Shown one piece after another: positions 38,995 to 51,750 of a DNA stretch of 64,000 bases. The stretch spans positions 7,690,001 to 7,754,000 of the forward strand of contig CM075990.1 in assembly GCA_038087875.1 (NCBI GenBank). The letters run 5' to 3'. The position numbers and the translations under genes were made by a program. The notes under the pieces were generated by a model. That model did not search any database, was not told the DNA's origin, and saw nothing but the letters and a program-made list of their open reading frames with translations. This DNA is from Malacoraja senta. Its lineage: Eukaryota. How positions within the stretch are numbered: the stretch's first letter is position 1; each line of letters starts with the position of its first letter.

Positions 38995-40780
38995 TATTTG
39001 GCTGAGAAATTTCCCTCCTGTTCCAATAACAAGGAACTGCAGATGCGGGAACCTGAAGAAGGGTCCCCGACCCAAAACGTTGTCTATCCATGTCTTCAAG
39101 GTGTGCTGCCTGACCCGCTGAGTTACTCCAGCATTTTGTGTTGGATAGTGTTAATGTGCGGGGATCGCTGGTCGGCACGGACTCAATGGTCCGAAGGATC
39201 AGATTGTCTCCTTGATACCATTTTGGTATCTCTGAGGTTCACAGGCAGATCCTTCCGTCCCTCAATAGCCCAACTTCCTATGGAAGGATTTTTACTTCTT
39301 CTTCTTGCGTATGGCGTGCACAGCCTAAAGTTATAGGTCAACTTGGTCTATTTGATCTATTTGTTTGTGCACATCAGGTTGGTAGCATTAGTCGAAACAG
39401 GGTGGACCAGGTGAAGGTTGCAATCTCACACCCCAGGATTTTTTACTGAGAAATAGTAAATTCCCCCACTTTAACACTATTTACCAGCTGCTCACTGTTT
39501 AAGTTTAATCTCAGTGACCACAATACAAACAATTGCATCTCCATAATAGTGACTATGGTTCAAGTGTTCTCTGTACCCTTCGTCTCGAGAAACATAGGAT
39601 TGCACAGCACTGCATGGACTGAGATACGGGCCATTCGGCCCACCATGTCCATGCTGTCCATTTGTCCCATCCACACTGATCCCGTTAGTTCTGTATCCTT
39701 TCATGTCCTCCCGATCCAAGTGCCCATCCAATTGCCTCTTAGGCATTGTAATTGTATCTGCCTCCAGACCCTCTGGTGAAGTGGGTGCAATTTCATTCCT
39801 ATTCATAGGAATTTCTGGTGGTAACCTGGTAAAGTAAGTGAATAAAATATATAGAAAGGAACTACGGACGCTGGTTTATACCGAAGATAGACACCAAGAG
39901 CTTGAGCAACTCAGCGGGTCAGACAGTATCTCTAGAGAAATAGGATGAGTGACTTTTCAGGTTGGGACCCTTCCTCAGACCAGCAGAGTAATCAGGTTGG
40001 TACTGGTAACTTCAAGCGTTTTCAAGAGAGAGTTAGATTTAGCTCTGAGAGCTAACGGAATCAAGCGATATGAGGAAAAAGCAGGAATGGGGTACTGATT
40101 TTGGATGATCAGCCAACTGAAGGGTTGAATGGTTTACTCCTGCACCTATTTTCTTTGTTTCTATGTTAATTAATTTTGCTACAACCAAGGGAAACAGTGC
40201 CAGGAATGGTCGTAAGCTTCCAAAATTAACCCATTTCACCCTCTCCCCCCCCCCCCCCCACACACACACTCTAGTTATCTTAGCAAGGAAACTCCATGCC
40301 CCATGTACACGAGCAGTGTAAACCCCATTAAGTTGAAACAGAAAATGCTGAAATACTCAGCAGGTCAGGCAGCATCTGTGCAGATAAAAAAAAGTTTCAG
40401 GCCTTTCTAATTAAAGGGCAGTGTACTCGTTTCTCCTTCCACAGATGCTGCCTGACCTGCTGAGTGTTTCCAACATTATCTCTTATATTTCAGATTTCCA
40501 GCACCTGCAGTTTTTTTGCTTTTTAGCGACCAATGAACTGACGACTGGTAGCACAACTACTTGTGAGTGAAGATCCCGACCACGCCACACTATAACGGGA
40601 GACAGTATTGGCAGAGTCGTACACTGTTGGTGATGTAATGCTGAGGGAAGCATCGTAACATTACTGTGCCATCATATGAGATGTATGAGGGAGTGTTACA
40701 CTATCAGGGAGGCAGTACTAAGGGGGCGCTACACTGTGGGGGGGGAAGGGGCGGGAAGTTCTGAGGGAGTGTCGCACTGT

Positions 40781-41301
40781 TTTTTTAACAAAAATAAATG
40801 TAATCAATTATTGCAATAATATATACAATACAATACCAAACAAATCCACCACCATAATACAAAATCACCCAACTATCTAAACAAATATTCTTAACTCTTC
40901 CACACTCTTAAGGGCCTGTCCCACTTGGGCGTCATCTGCGCGTCACGCAGATTTTGTACATCCCAAAATCCAGGGGCGCCGCACGCAACCGCGCGTCACT
41001 GCCTACGTAACCGCGCGCGTAATGCATGACGCATAAATGATGTCGCGTAAATGACGCACGAATAACGCCCAAGTGGGACAGGCCCTTTAAACGACTATAT
41101 TACAATCCTTGTCAAGGATGCATTCCACCCCCTGCGGTGCCCAAGGGTCCCGGAGATCCCATGGCACCCGTGGACAGCGCGCAGTCCCTCTAAAAACCAC
41201 CCGGGCGCGGACGTAACCCTGGAAAAGGGGCAGGCAGCCGGCTTGGGCAGAGAGAGCCCTCTTTGGCCTGGCACCGTGACTCGCAGATGGCCAGCTTGGC
41301 C
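40781..41301 (-). mobile_element. Tx1/L1-clade LINE 3' fragment carrying a MITE
   Basis: Homologous to 13734-14106 (GCLPLFQGYVRARV); TSD GGGAGTG(T/C)CGCACTGT (40765-40780, 41302-41317). Confidence 0.8.
40911..41086. mobile_element. Short CpG-rich PIF/Harbinger-like MITE
   Basis: 22-bp TIRs AGGGCCTGTCCCACTTGGGCGT / ACGCCCAAGTGGGACAGGCCCT; TTA TSD. Confidence 0.88.
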
Positions 41302-41376
41302 GGGAGTGCCGCACTGTGGGATTGAAAGCATTGGGGTGGTACTTGATAGATTTGAGGGTCAATAATAAGGAGGTGC

Positions 41377-41568
41377 TCATAAAAATATTTGTTTCTCTCT
41401 TTTTCCTCTTTCTCTCTTTCTTTCTTTCCTAGGGTCTATTTCTTAACTCTTTTTCTTTTGTTTTTAATTTTGCTCTTATAGGGTCTTCGTCCTTTTTTGT
41501 TGTCACATTTCCTACACTTTCACTTTTTCCTTCAAAAAGAAAGAAAAAAATTTTTTTTTTAAAAGAAT
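41377..41568 (+). mobile_element. Short L1 3' UTR insertion
   Basis: Reverse complement of ~8268-8440 plus an A-rich tail; TSD AATAATAAGGAGGTGC (41361-41376, 41569-41584). Confidence 0.8.
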
Positions 41569-43672
41569 AATAATAAGGAGGTGCCACTGAAGAGGTGGTA
41601 TTGAGGAAGTACAGTGATGATCATGCGCTGTGTAGTGATGGGGGCAGCACACTGTTGGAGGGGGAGGTGCCATGGGAGTGATCTGTCATCTGAGGGACAG
41701 TGTCACTGGGAAGCTGTACAGGCTGTACATGCAGAGGCAGGAGTGCACGGTTAACACCAGTAGGAATGCTGGAGAGTTGATACAGCAACGTGGAGAGACT
41801 TCTGCAGTGCCAGAGACACTACATTCAAATATAACACTGCCTGCCCACGTTCACTAAAGGTTACTGCTACACAGTGTTGACAAGCAGCAGGAAGGTTCTC
41901 TCTGGGGAAGGCGAGGCCAATATTCACCCATTCTCGGGCAACAAAGAGTAGTAGCTGGTAATGATCACATTGCTGTTCAGGAGATCTCGCTGTGTGAAAT
42001 TAGCTGCTGTCATTCTCAAGGTGACTGCGCTAAAGAGGCACTTCAGCAGCCAGGAGGTGCCAGGAATCATGTACACTCGCGTCGGGCACTGCAGATGTGC
42101 AAGTTACCCCTCCTCCTCCTCACCGCAGGGATAGAGAGCCACTGTTAAAATGATCGGCCAGCGGCAGGGAACACTGGATGGAGAGTTGTTCGAGGATTAG
42201 TGCAGTGGTGATGGCTATAACTCGGCCCTGTCTGCGGATTTATGGGGCCTCTGTGACAGCGGGCACACCAAGCTCACACTGTGTCTCCCCGCAGGCAGGC
42301 TGCGATGGGCAGCACGGAGTTGCTGCCTCACAGCGCCAGAGACCCAGGTTCGATCCCGACTGAGGGCACTGTCTGTACGGAGTTGGTACCTTCTCGCCGC
42401 GACCCGCGTGGGTTTTCTCCGGGTGCTCCGGTTTCCTCCCACACTCCAGACACGTGCAGGTTTGCAGGTTTAATTGCCTGTGTGATTTTCCCAGAGTGTG
42501 TAGGATACAAACTTGGGATAACATAGAACTAATCTATGCGTAGCGGGAACTAATCAGCGGGACAGGCAGCATCTCTGGAGGGAAGGAATGGGGTGAGGTT
42601 TCATGTCGACACCCTTCCTCAGACTCTCATGCCTCCTACTAATATATGGGGGGATTGCTGGCCGGCCCAAACTCGGTGGGCCGAAGGGCCTGTTTCCACA
42701 CTGTAGTTCTGATCTACAGTCAGCCATTGTTTCACTGTAACTCAAGTGAGAGTTAGATTTAGCTCTTAGGGTCTAACAGAATCAAGGGATAGGGGAGAAG
42801 GCAGGAACGGGATACTGATTTTGGATGATCAGCCATGATCATATTGAATGGCGGTGCTGTCTCGAAGGGCCGAATGGCCTACTCCTGCACCTATTTTCAA
42901 TGTAACGGGCCACTCCCTAACAAAGGCTGAGGAAAGATGTACGTACACTGTCAGCTGTTGATGAAGTGGTCGCACACTCACACCACCACTTGTCATCAGT
43001 GTATCTGGTCACAGCCCATCGCTATGGAGACGGGCGCATCTGATTTGTTTTATTTTCTGGTGTGACACGGTGAGAGAGTGGTCCTGACACCGAGCCTCGC
43101 ACCGTTAATCTCCAGTGCCCATCAGACCACCACTTACCTGCCATACATTATGTGTTCATTCGAAATGTTCAGGGGGCAACCGCAGATGCTGCTTTCAACC
43201 GAAGATAGACACAATGTGCTGGAGTAACTCAGCGGGGCAGGCTGCATCTCTGGAGAGAAGGAATGGGTGACGTTTCAGGTCGAGTGCCTTCTTTAGACGT
43301 TTCTTCTTCTGAAGGGTACCTCGACCCGAAACGCCACCCGTTCCTTCTCTCCAGACATGCTGCCTGTCCCGCTGAGTTACACCAGCCTTTTGTGTCTATC
43401 TTATGTGTTGTTAGCCTGGCTTTGCTGGGCTGTGCTCTCTCCCCCTTCTCCTCCCCGCGTCCCCTCCCTCTCTCTCCCCCGCAGCACCGCATGCACCGCA
43501 TGTCCATCGGTACTGCCTCCCCTTTAGTGTGGCACTGCCCTCGCCCTCGCCCTTGCCCTCAGCGGAAGTGGCGCTACCCCTGACCAGCGGCCGAGTCGTC
43601 ACTGGCTGACAAAAAGCTGCAGATGCCAGCAATCTGAAACAAAACCAGAACAAGCTAGAAGCTCACAGCAGG

Positions 43673-44075
43673 GTTTAGAAGAATGAGGGGAGACCTCATT
43701 GAAAGGTACAGAATAGTGAAAGGCCTGGATCAAGTGGATGTGGAGAGGATGTTTCCACTAGTGGGGGAGTCGATGACTAGAGGTCATAGCCTCAAAATTA
43801 AAGGACATTCCTTCAGGAAGGAGATGAGGAGGAATTTCTTTAGTCAGAGGATTGTGAATCTGTGGAATTATTTGCCTGTGGAGGCCAAGTCAATGGAGAT
43901 TTTTAAGGCAGAGATAGACAGATTCTTGATTAGTACGGGTGTCAGGGGTTATGGGGAGAAGGCAGGAGAATGGGTTTAGGAGGGAGAGATAGATCAGCCA
44001 TGATTCAATGGCGGAGTAGACTTGATGGGCCGAATGGCCTAATTCTGCTCCCATCACCTATGACCTTTTGACCCT
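43673..44075 (+). mobile_element. CR1 3' fragment
   Basis: MRGDLIERYRIVKGLD...RNFFSQRIVNLWN; 3' UTR. Confidence 0.85.
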
Positions 44076-44760
44076 ATGAGGTCGGCGACATCTGTGGTAA
44101 AACTCCTCTGCCCACGCTCAGTGTGTGCTCCCTCCGACACTCACCCATTCCTCACTGGGAGGTGGTTTGGACATGTATGGGGACAATCATAGCTCCATTC
44201 ATACACCGTAGCCCACCTCAATTCCAGCACCCTTGCCTCTGGCTCTATAATTAGTCACAGATGCAGAATACAGTGCAGAATCAGGCCATTCGACCCAACC
44301 CCTTCATGCTGACCAGCATTCAGGCCATACCCATAAAACAAAGTGCTGGAGAAACTTTGCGGGTCAGACAGCATTTGGGGGCAGGACTCTTCTCCACGAT
44401 GTTTCCTTCAGACATTCCCTCCCTGGACATGGCCTGGCCCATTGAGTTCTTCCGGAACTTTCTGCCTTGATTGAGATTTCAGTATCTTCTGTTTCTTATG
44501 TCTCCCTCTAACCCTGACCTGCCCCAATTCTATTAAACATTGCAATTGTACCTGCCTCCACCACCACCTCTGGCAGCTCATTCCACATTCCCACCACTTT
44601 TGCCTCCTTTCCAGTCCATTTAACATTTTCCCCCTCTCACCTTAAACTTATGCCCTCCAATTTTAGACTGTACAAACAATGCTGGTTTATACCAAAGATA
44701 GACACAAAGTGCTGGCGTAAAAAGAATGGGTGACGTTTCGGATCGGGACATTTCTTCAGA

Positions 44761-44790
44761 CTGAAGAAGGGTCCCGACCCGAAACGTCAC
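44761..44790 (+). ncRNA. Minimal hammerhead ribozyme-like motif (head-to-head with an inverted copy at 44732-44759)
   Basis: CTGAAGA-A-GGGTC(CC)GACCC-GAAAC-GTC. Confidence 0.5.
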
Positions 44791-45200
44791 CCATCCTTTC
44801 CAGAGATGCTGCCTGACCTGTCGAGTTACGGCAGAGCTTTGCATCTATCCGTCTAATTTTAGATTCATTGTCTAATCATGCACTCCTCTGCTGTGCGAAG
44901 GTTGTAATATCATCAGATGTATCATCTTCTGAACGACCCTTTAAAACGTGGACATGGCTGCCTGTGTTACATTTACTACTGCTCTCCGAAACAGTGAACT
45001 CGTGCTCCCCAAGCCCTTTAGTAACCCAGGTTGTAACAATGTGGTAGACACAAAATGCTGGAGTAACTCAACGGGTCAGGCAGCATCTCTGGAGAAAAAG
45101 AGAGTCCGATGAAGGGTCACCTATTCCTTTTCTCCAGCCTAAACCGCTGAGTTACTCCATCATTTTGTGTCGCTCTTCAGAGTCCTGACCTCTGATGCTT

Positions 45201-45890
<690 letters not shown>

Positions 45891-46274
45891 TTTGATCTAC
45901 ATTCTCCCAGTAAACAACATGGGCTTGCTCCGAGTTCTCCAGTTTCCACCCACATCCCCAGACGAGAGGGTTGCAGGTTAATTGGTCATTAATTGGCCAC
46001 TGTAAATTGGCGCTGGTGCCTAGTGAGTGGTGGACTGTGGGAGAGCTGATGGGAATACAGACAGATTAAGGTACAGGGAAAATTACAGAGGAATGGGCAT
46101 CTTCTAAGAGTCAGCACAAATGGTTTCCATCCATGTCGTAACAAAACATGGTAAATGTGGTTCTGCAGACTCATGAGACTGCAGATGCTGGAATCTGGAG
46201 CAAACAAACAACTCTGGAAGAACTTAATGAGTCAAGCAGCATTTCTGGAGGTTGCTATTTCAGATTAGGAACTT

Positions 46275-46670
46275 GCACGATGGTGCAGCGGTAGAGTTGC
46301 TGCCTTACAATGCCAGATACCCGGGTTCGATCCTGACTGCAGGTGCTTGTCTGCACAGATTATATACGTTGTGCCTGTGACTGCGTGCGGTTTCTCCGGG
46401 TGCCCCGGTTTCCTCCCACACTCCAAAGACATGCGGGTTTGCAGATTCAATCGGCTTCTGGAAATTGTAAACTGCCTGTACTATGTAGGATAGTACGAGT
46501 GTACAGGGTGCTCGATTTTCTTTAAAAAATTTTTTTTTTAAATTAAAAGCATATGTACAAATAGTAATACACGACAAACTGGTTACAGAGTTCTTACATA
46601 GCTTCAAGGGTGATCGATTTTCAACACGGACTCAGTGGGTCGCAGGGCCTGTTTCTGCACTGTATCTCTA
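46275..46670 (+). mobile_element. SINE containing a short L1-type 3' stub (46521-46606)
   Basis: SINE consensus interrupted by a T-rich insert with TSD AGGGTG(C/A)TCGATTTTC (46505-46520, 46607-46622). Confidence 0.75.
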
Positions 46671-46735
46671 ATGTGTAAAGTAATATCGAAAGACTAAATT
46701 GCCAGTAAATAACCGTATGAAGTGATTGGGAGTAA

Positions 46736-46827
46736 AGGGCCTGTCCCACTTTCACGACCTAATTCACGACCTTTACTCGTGGACATTTTTCATCTTGCTA
46801 GAAAAAACGCCCCGACCTACTTGACCT
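46736..46827. mobile_element. Left end of a Harbinger-like MITE truncated by CR1
   Basis: TAA followed by AGGGCCTGTCCCACT and ACGACCT repeats; matches the interior of the 546-1231 copy; no right TIR found. Confidence 0.75.
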
Positions 46828-48895
46828 AATTGGCCAAGATAGACTGGCAATTGATTCTTAAAGGGTTGACTGTGGATATGCAATGGAGGGCATTTAAAGA
46901 CCGCATGGATGAACTACAACAATTGTTCACCCCAGTTTGGCAAAAGAATAAATCAGGGAAGGTAGTGCATCCGTGGATAACAAGGGAAATCAGGGATAGC
47001 ATCAAAACAAAAGATGAAGCATACAAATTACCCAGAAAAAGCAGCATACCAGAAGACTGGGAGAAATTCAGAGTCCAGCAGAGGAGGACAAAGGGCTTAA
47101 TTAGGAAAGGGAAAATAGATTATGAAAGAAAACTGGCAGGGAACATAAAAACTGACTGCAAAAGCTTTTTATAGATATGTGAAGAGAAAAAGATTAGTTA
47201 AAACAAATGTAGGTCCCTTGCAGTCAGAAACAGGTGAATTGATCATGGGGAACAAGGACATGGCAGACCAATTGAATAACTACTTTGTTTCTGTCATCAT
47301 TAAGGAAGACATAAATAATCTGCCGGAAATAGCAGGGGACCGGGGGTTAAATGAGATGGAGGAACTGAGTGAAATCCAGGTTAGTCGGGAAGTGGTAAAT
47401 TGAATGGATTAAAGGTCGATAAATCCCCAGGGTCAGATAGGCTGCATCCCAGAGTGCTTAAGGAAGTAGCCCCAGAAATTGTGGATGCATTAGTGATATT
47501 TTTTCAAAACTCTTTAGATTCTGGAGTAGTTCCTGAGGATTGGAGGGTAGCTAATGTAACCCCACTTTTTAAAAAGGGAGGGAGAGAGAAAACAGGGAAT
47601 TACAGACCAGTTAGTCTAACATCTGTAGTGGGGTAAATGCTAGAGTCGGTTATTAAAGATGGGATAGCAACACATTTGGAAAGTGGTGAAATCATTGGAC
47701 AAAGTCAGCATGGATTTATGAAAGGTAAATCATGGCTGACGAATCTTATAGACTTTTTCGAGGATGTAATTAGTAGAGTGGATAGGGGAGAACCAGTGGA
47801 TGTGTTATATCTGGACTTTCAGAAGGCTTTTGACAAGGTCCCACATAAGAGATTAGTATGCAAACTTAAAGCACACGGTATTGGGGGTTCAGTATTGATG
47901 TGGATAGAGAACTGGCTGGCAGACAGGAAGCAAAGAGTAGGAGTAAACGGGTCCTTTTCAGAATGGCAGGCAGTGACGAGTGGGGTACTGCAAGGCTCAG
48001 TGCTGGGACCCCAGCTATTTACAATATATATTAATGATTTGGACGAGGGAATTGAATGCAACATCTCCAAGTTTGTGGATGACACAAAGCTGTGGGGCAG
48101 TGTTCGCTGTGAGGAGGATACTAGGAGGCTGCAAGGTGACTTGGATAGGATGGGTGAGTGGGAAAATGCATGGCAGATGCAGGATAATGTGGATAAATGT
48201 GAGGTTATCCACTTTGGTGGCAAGAACAGGAAAGTAGACTATTATCTGAATGGTGACCGATTAAGAAAAGGGGAGATGCAACGAGACCTGGGTGTCATGG
48301 TACACCAGTCATTGAAAGTAGGCATGCAGGTGCAGCAGGCAGTGAAGAAAGAGAATGGTATGTTAGCATTCATAGCAAAAGGATTTGAGTATAGGAGCAG
48401 GGAGGTTCTATTGCAGTTGTACAGGGCCTTGGTGAGACCACATCTGGTGTATTGCGTACAGTTTTGGTCTCCTAATCTGAGGAAAGACATTCTTGCCATA
48501 GAGGGAGTACAGAGAAGGTTCACCAGACTGATTCCTGGGATGGCAGGACTTTCACATGAAGAAAGAATGGATAGACTCGGCTTGTACTCGCTAGAATTTA
48601 GAAGATTGAGGGAGGATCTTATAGAAACTTACAAAATTCTTAAGGAGTTGGACAGGCCAGATGCAGGAAGATTGTTCCCGATGTTGGGGAAGTCCAGAAC
48701 AAGGGGGTCACAGTTTTAGGATAAGGGGGAAGTCTTTTTGGACTGAGATGATAATTTCAGTTAGGGAGTTAGACGTGGCCCTTGTGGCTAAAGGGATCAG
48801 GGGGTATGGAGAGAAGGCAGGTACAGGATACTGAGTTGGATGATCAGCCATGATCATATTGAATGGTCGAAGGGCTGAATGGCCTACTCCTGCAC
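46828..48895 (+). mobile_element. 5'-truncated CR1 LINE (RT region, FVDD), same subfamily as 24007-27370
   Basis: Near-identical to ~25262-27350; open RT segment 47637-48719; stops and frameshifts upstream. Confidence 0.95.
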
Positions 48896-48912
48896 TTTTT
48901 TTTCTTTTTTTT

Positions 48913-49027
<115 letters not shown>

Positions 49028-49880
49028 TCCTCTCCCATCACTGTTTGTGTATCAAGGATCTTCAGCTGTTAACACTGCTACTCATCACAGGCCTTTACTC
49101 AATGGGAATATATTCAATTAAACAAAACAAAACCATTCAGTGCGGAGTAGTGAGTGAAGTCCAAGTGAGAGGCGTGTGTTTGTTAAACTGCCGCATGTTC
49201 ACAGGGCTTTGAACCAGGAGATGATGAGGCACCTCTCTTTTCCAGTCACGTTGCTATGGTAATGTAAGAAGGGTTGGAGCCTCTGGGTCCCTGTGGCTTG
49301 GTCATTGTGCTGACGAGAGCGTACGTTTAACCACATTCAACCAGGCGAGGTTTCTCCAATTCCATAAGAAGAGTAATGCAAGCAGTTGCTTTGTCCTTGA
49401 GGAAATACCGTGGGCAGACTTTCATGGTTGAGTTGAAGCCTGCGCCTTCCTGTGAGTTTATGCACATGGAGTGTGATCCTGAGCAGCAACAGCAGCAAAT
49501 GCGATGGCGGCAGGTCGGCACTGGATGTGTGCGTGACGTGAGAGTGTGAACGTGGAATTCCGTGTCTCCGTGTGAGTGTGCGCATGAGTGTGAGAGTCAC
49601 GGTGACAGAGTGTTCACTGGTGTGAGACTGAGGCTCTGTGGGCATGACTGGGAGTGACTGTGTGTGTGTGTGTGTGTGCGTTAGTATGTGTGATCATGAG
49701 AGTGTGTGTGACCATGCAGTGAATGTGCACATTAGTGTGAGAGTCTTTGTGAGCATGTTCACGTCTAGATAAGTTGTGCGTGTGTGATAATGTGCAAAAA
49801 TGTGGGAATAAAAGTGTTGATAAGACATATATATATAAATATATATATCTTGTGTGTGTGTGTGTGTGTGTGGAGGTATA

Positions 49881-51496
49881 CAGTGGCTTGCAAAAGTTTT
49901 CATACCCCTTGAATTTTTCCACATTTTGTCACGTTACAACCACAAACGTAAATGTATTTTATTGGGATTTTATGTGACATACCAACACAAAGTGGTGCAT
50001 AATTGTGAAGTGGAAGGAAAATGATACATGGTTTTCAAATTTTTTTACAAATAAAAAACTGAAAAGTGTGGCATGCAAAAGTATTCAGTCCCCCTGAGCC
50101 AATACTTTGTAGAACCACCTTTCACTGCAATTACAGTTGCAAATCTTTTGGGGTATGTCTCTACCAGCTTTGCACATCTAGAGACTGAAATCTTTGCCCA
50201 TTCTTCTTTGCAAAATAGCTCAAGCTCAGTCAGATTGGATGGAGAATATCTGTGAACAGCAATTTTCAAGTCTTGCCAGAGATTCTCAATTGGATTTAGG
50301 TCTGGACTTTGACTGGGCCATTCTAACACATGAATATGCTTTGATCTAAACCATTCCATTGTAGCTCTGGCTGTATGTTTAGGGTCGTTGTCCTGCTGGA
50401 AGGTGAACCTCCGCCCCAGTCTCAAGTCTTTTGCAGACTCTAACAGGTTTTCTTCCAAGATTGCCCTGTATTTGGCTCCATCCATCTTCCCATCAACTCT
50501 GACCAGCTTCCCTGTCCCTGCTGAAGAAAAGCATCCCCACAGCATGATGCTGCCACCACCATGTTTCACAGTGGGGATGGTGTGTTCAGTGTGATGTGCA
50601 GTTTTAGGTTTCCGCCACACATTGCGTTTTGCATTTAGTCCCAAAACATCAATTTTGGTCTCATCTGACCAGAGCACCTTCCTCCACATGTTTGCTGTGT
50701 CCCCCACATGGCTTGTGGCAAACTGCAAACGGGAATTCTTATGGCTTTTTTTCAACAATGGCTTTCTTCTTGCCACTCTTCCATAAAGGCCCGATTTGTG
50801 GAGTGCATGACTAATAGTTGTCCTGTGGACAGATTCTCCCACCTGAGCTGTGGATCTCTGCAGCTCCTCCAAAGTTACCATGGGCCTCTTGGCTGCTTCT
50901 CTGATCAATGCTCTCCTTGCCCGGCCTGTCAGTTTAGGTGGACGGCCATGTCTTGGTAGGTTTGCAGTTGTGTCATACCCTTTCCATTTTCGGATGATGG
51001 ATTGAACAGTGCTCTGTGAGATGTTCAAAGCTTGGGATATTTGTTTATAACCTAACCCTGCTTTAAACTTCTCCACAACTTTATCCCTGACCTGTCTGGT
51101 GTGTTCCTTGGGCTTCATGCTGCTGTTTGTTCACTAATGTTCTCTAACAAACCTCTGAGGCCTTCACAGAACAGCTGTATTTATACTGAGATTAGATTAC
51201 ACACAAGTGGACTCTATTTACTAATTAGGTGACTTCTGAAGGCAATTGGTTGCACTGGATTTTATTTAGGGGTATCAGAGTAAAGGGGGATGAATACTTT
51301 TGCACGCGACACTTTTCAGTTTTTATTTGTAAAAAAATTTGAGAACCATGTATCATTTTCCTTCCACTTCACAATTATGCGCCACTTTGTGTTGGTCTAT
51401 CACATAAAATCCCAATAAAATAAATTTACGTTTGTGGTTGTAACGTGACAAAATGTGGAAAAGTTCAAGGGGTATGAATACTTTTGCAAGCCACTG
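49881..51496 (-). mobile_element. Full-length Tc1-like DNA transposon (Passport-like, IR/DR type), 1616 bp
   Basis: ~214-bp TIRs beginning CAGTGGCTTGCAAAAGT, with internal direct repeats; TA on both sides (49879-49880, 51497-51498). Confidence 0.95.
50045..51118 (-). CDS. Tc1 transposase, DD34E, uninterrupted; probable stop loss adds 18 aa
   Basis: Paired-like HTH with GRP motif; WSDETK, FQQDNDPKH and SPDLNPIENLW with 34 residues between D2 and E. The usual GGSTKY end (339 aa) is followed by TGG rather than TGA. Confidence 0.9.
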   Translation of the reverse strand: MKPKEHTRQVRDKVVEKFKAGLGYKQISQALNISQSTVQSIIRKWKGYDTTANLPRHGRPPKLTGRARRALIREAAKRPMVTLEELQRSTAQVGESVHRTTISHALHKSGLYGRVARRKPLLKKSHKNSRLQFATSHVGDTANMWRKVLWSDETKIDVLGLNAKRNVWRKPKTAHHTEHTIPTVKHGGGSIMLWGCFSSAGTGKLVRVDGKMDGAKYRAILEENLLESAKDLRLGRRFTFQQDNDPKHTARATMEWFRSKHIHVLEWPSQSPDLNPIENLWQDLKIAVHRYSPSNLTELELFCKEEWAKISVSRCAKLVETYPKRFATVIAVKGGSTKYWLRGTEYFCMPHFSVFYL

Positions 51497-51515
51497 TATA
51501 TATATATGTGTGTAT

Positions 51516-51551
<36 letters not shown>

Positions 51552-51574
51552 CGCGCGTGTGTATATACAGTATA

Positions 51575-51605
<31 letters not shown>

Positions 51606-51750
51606 TGTGTGTGTGTATATATATATATGTCTGTGTTTTGTGTGTGTATGTGATTGTGTGTGTGTATGTATTTTGTACAGTGTGTTTGTGATTGTGCGTG
51701 TGTGTGCGCATGTCTGTATATGTGTGTGTGTGTGTGTGTGTGTGCGCATG
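51497..51750. repeat. (TA)n/(TG)n compound microsatellite (continues at 49826-49872 on the other side of the Tc1)
   Basis: Directly visible. Confidence 0.9.

Noticed and set aside
47637..48719. 360-aa RT ORF as an active or domesticated gene
   Set aside because: Part of a 5'-truncated CR1 with upstream stops and frameshifts and no endonuclease domain.
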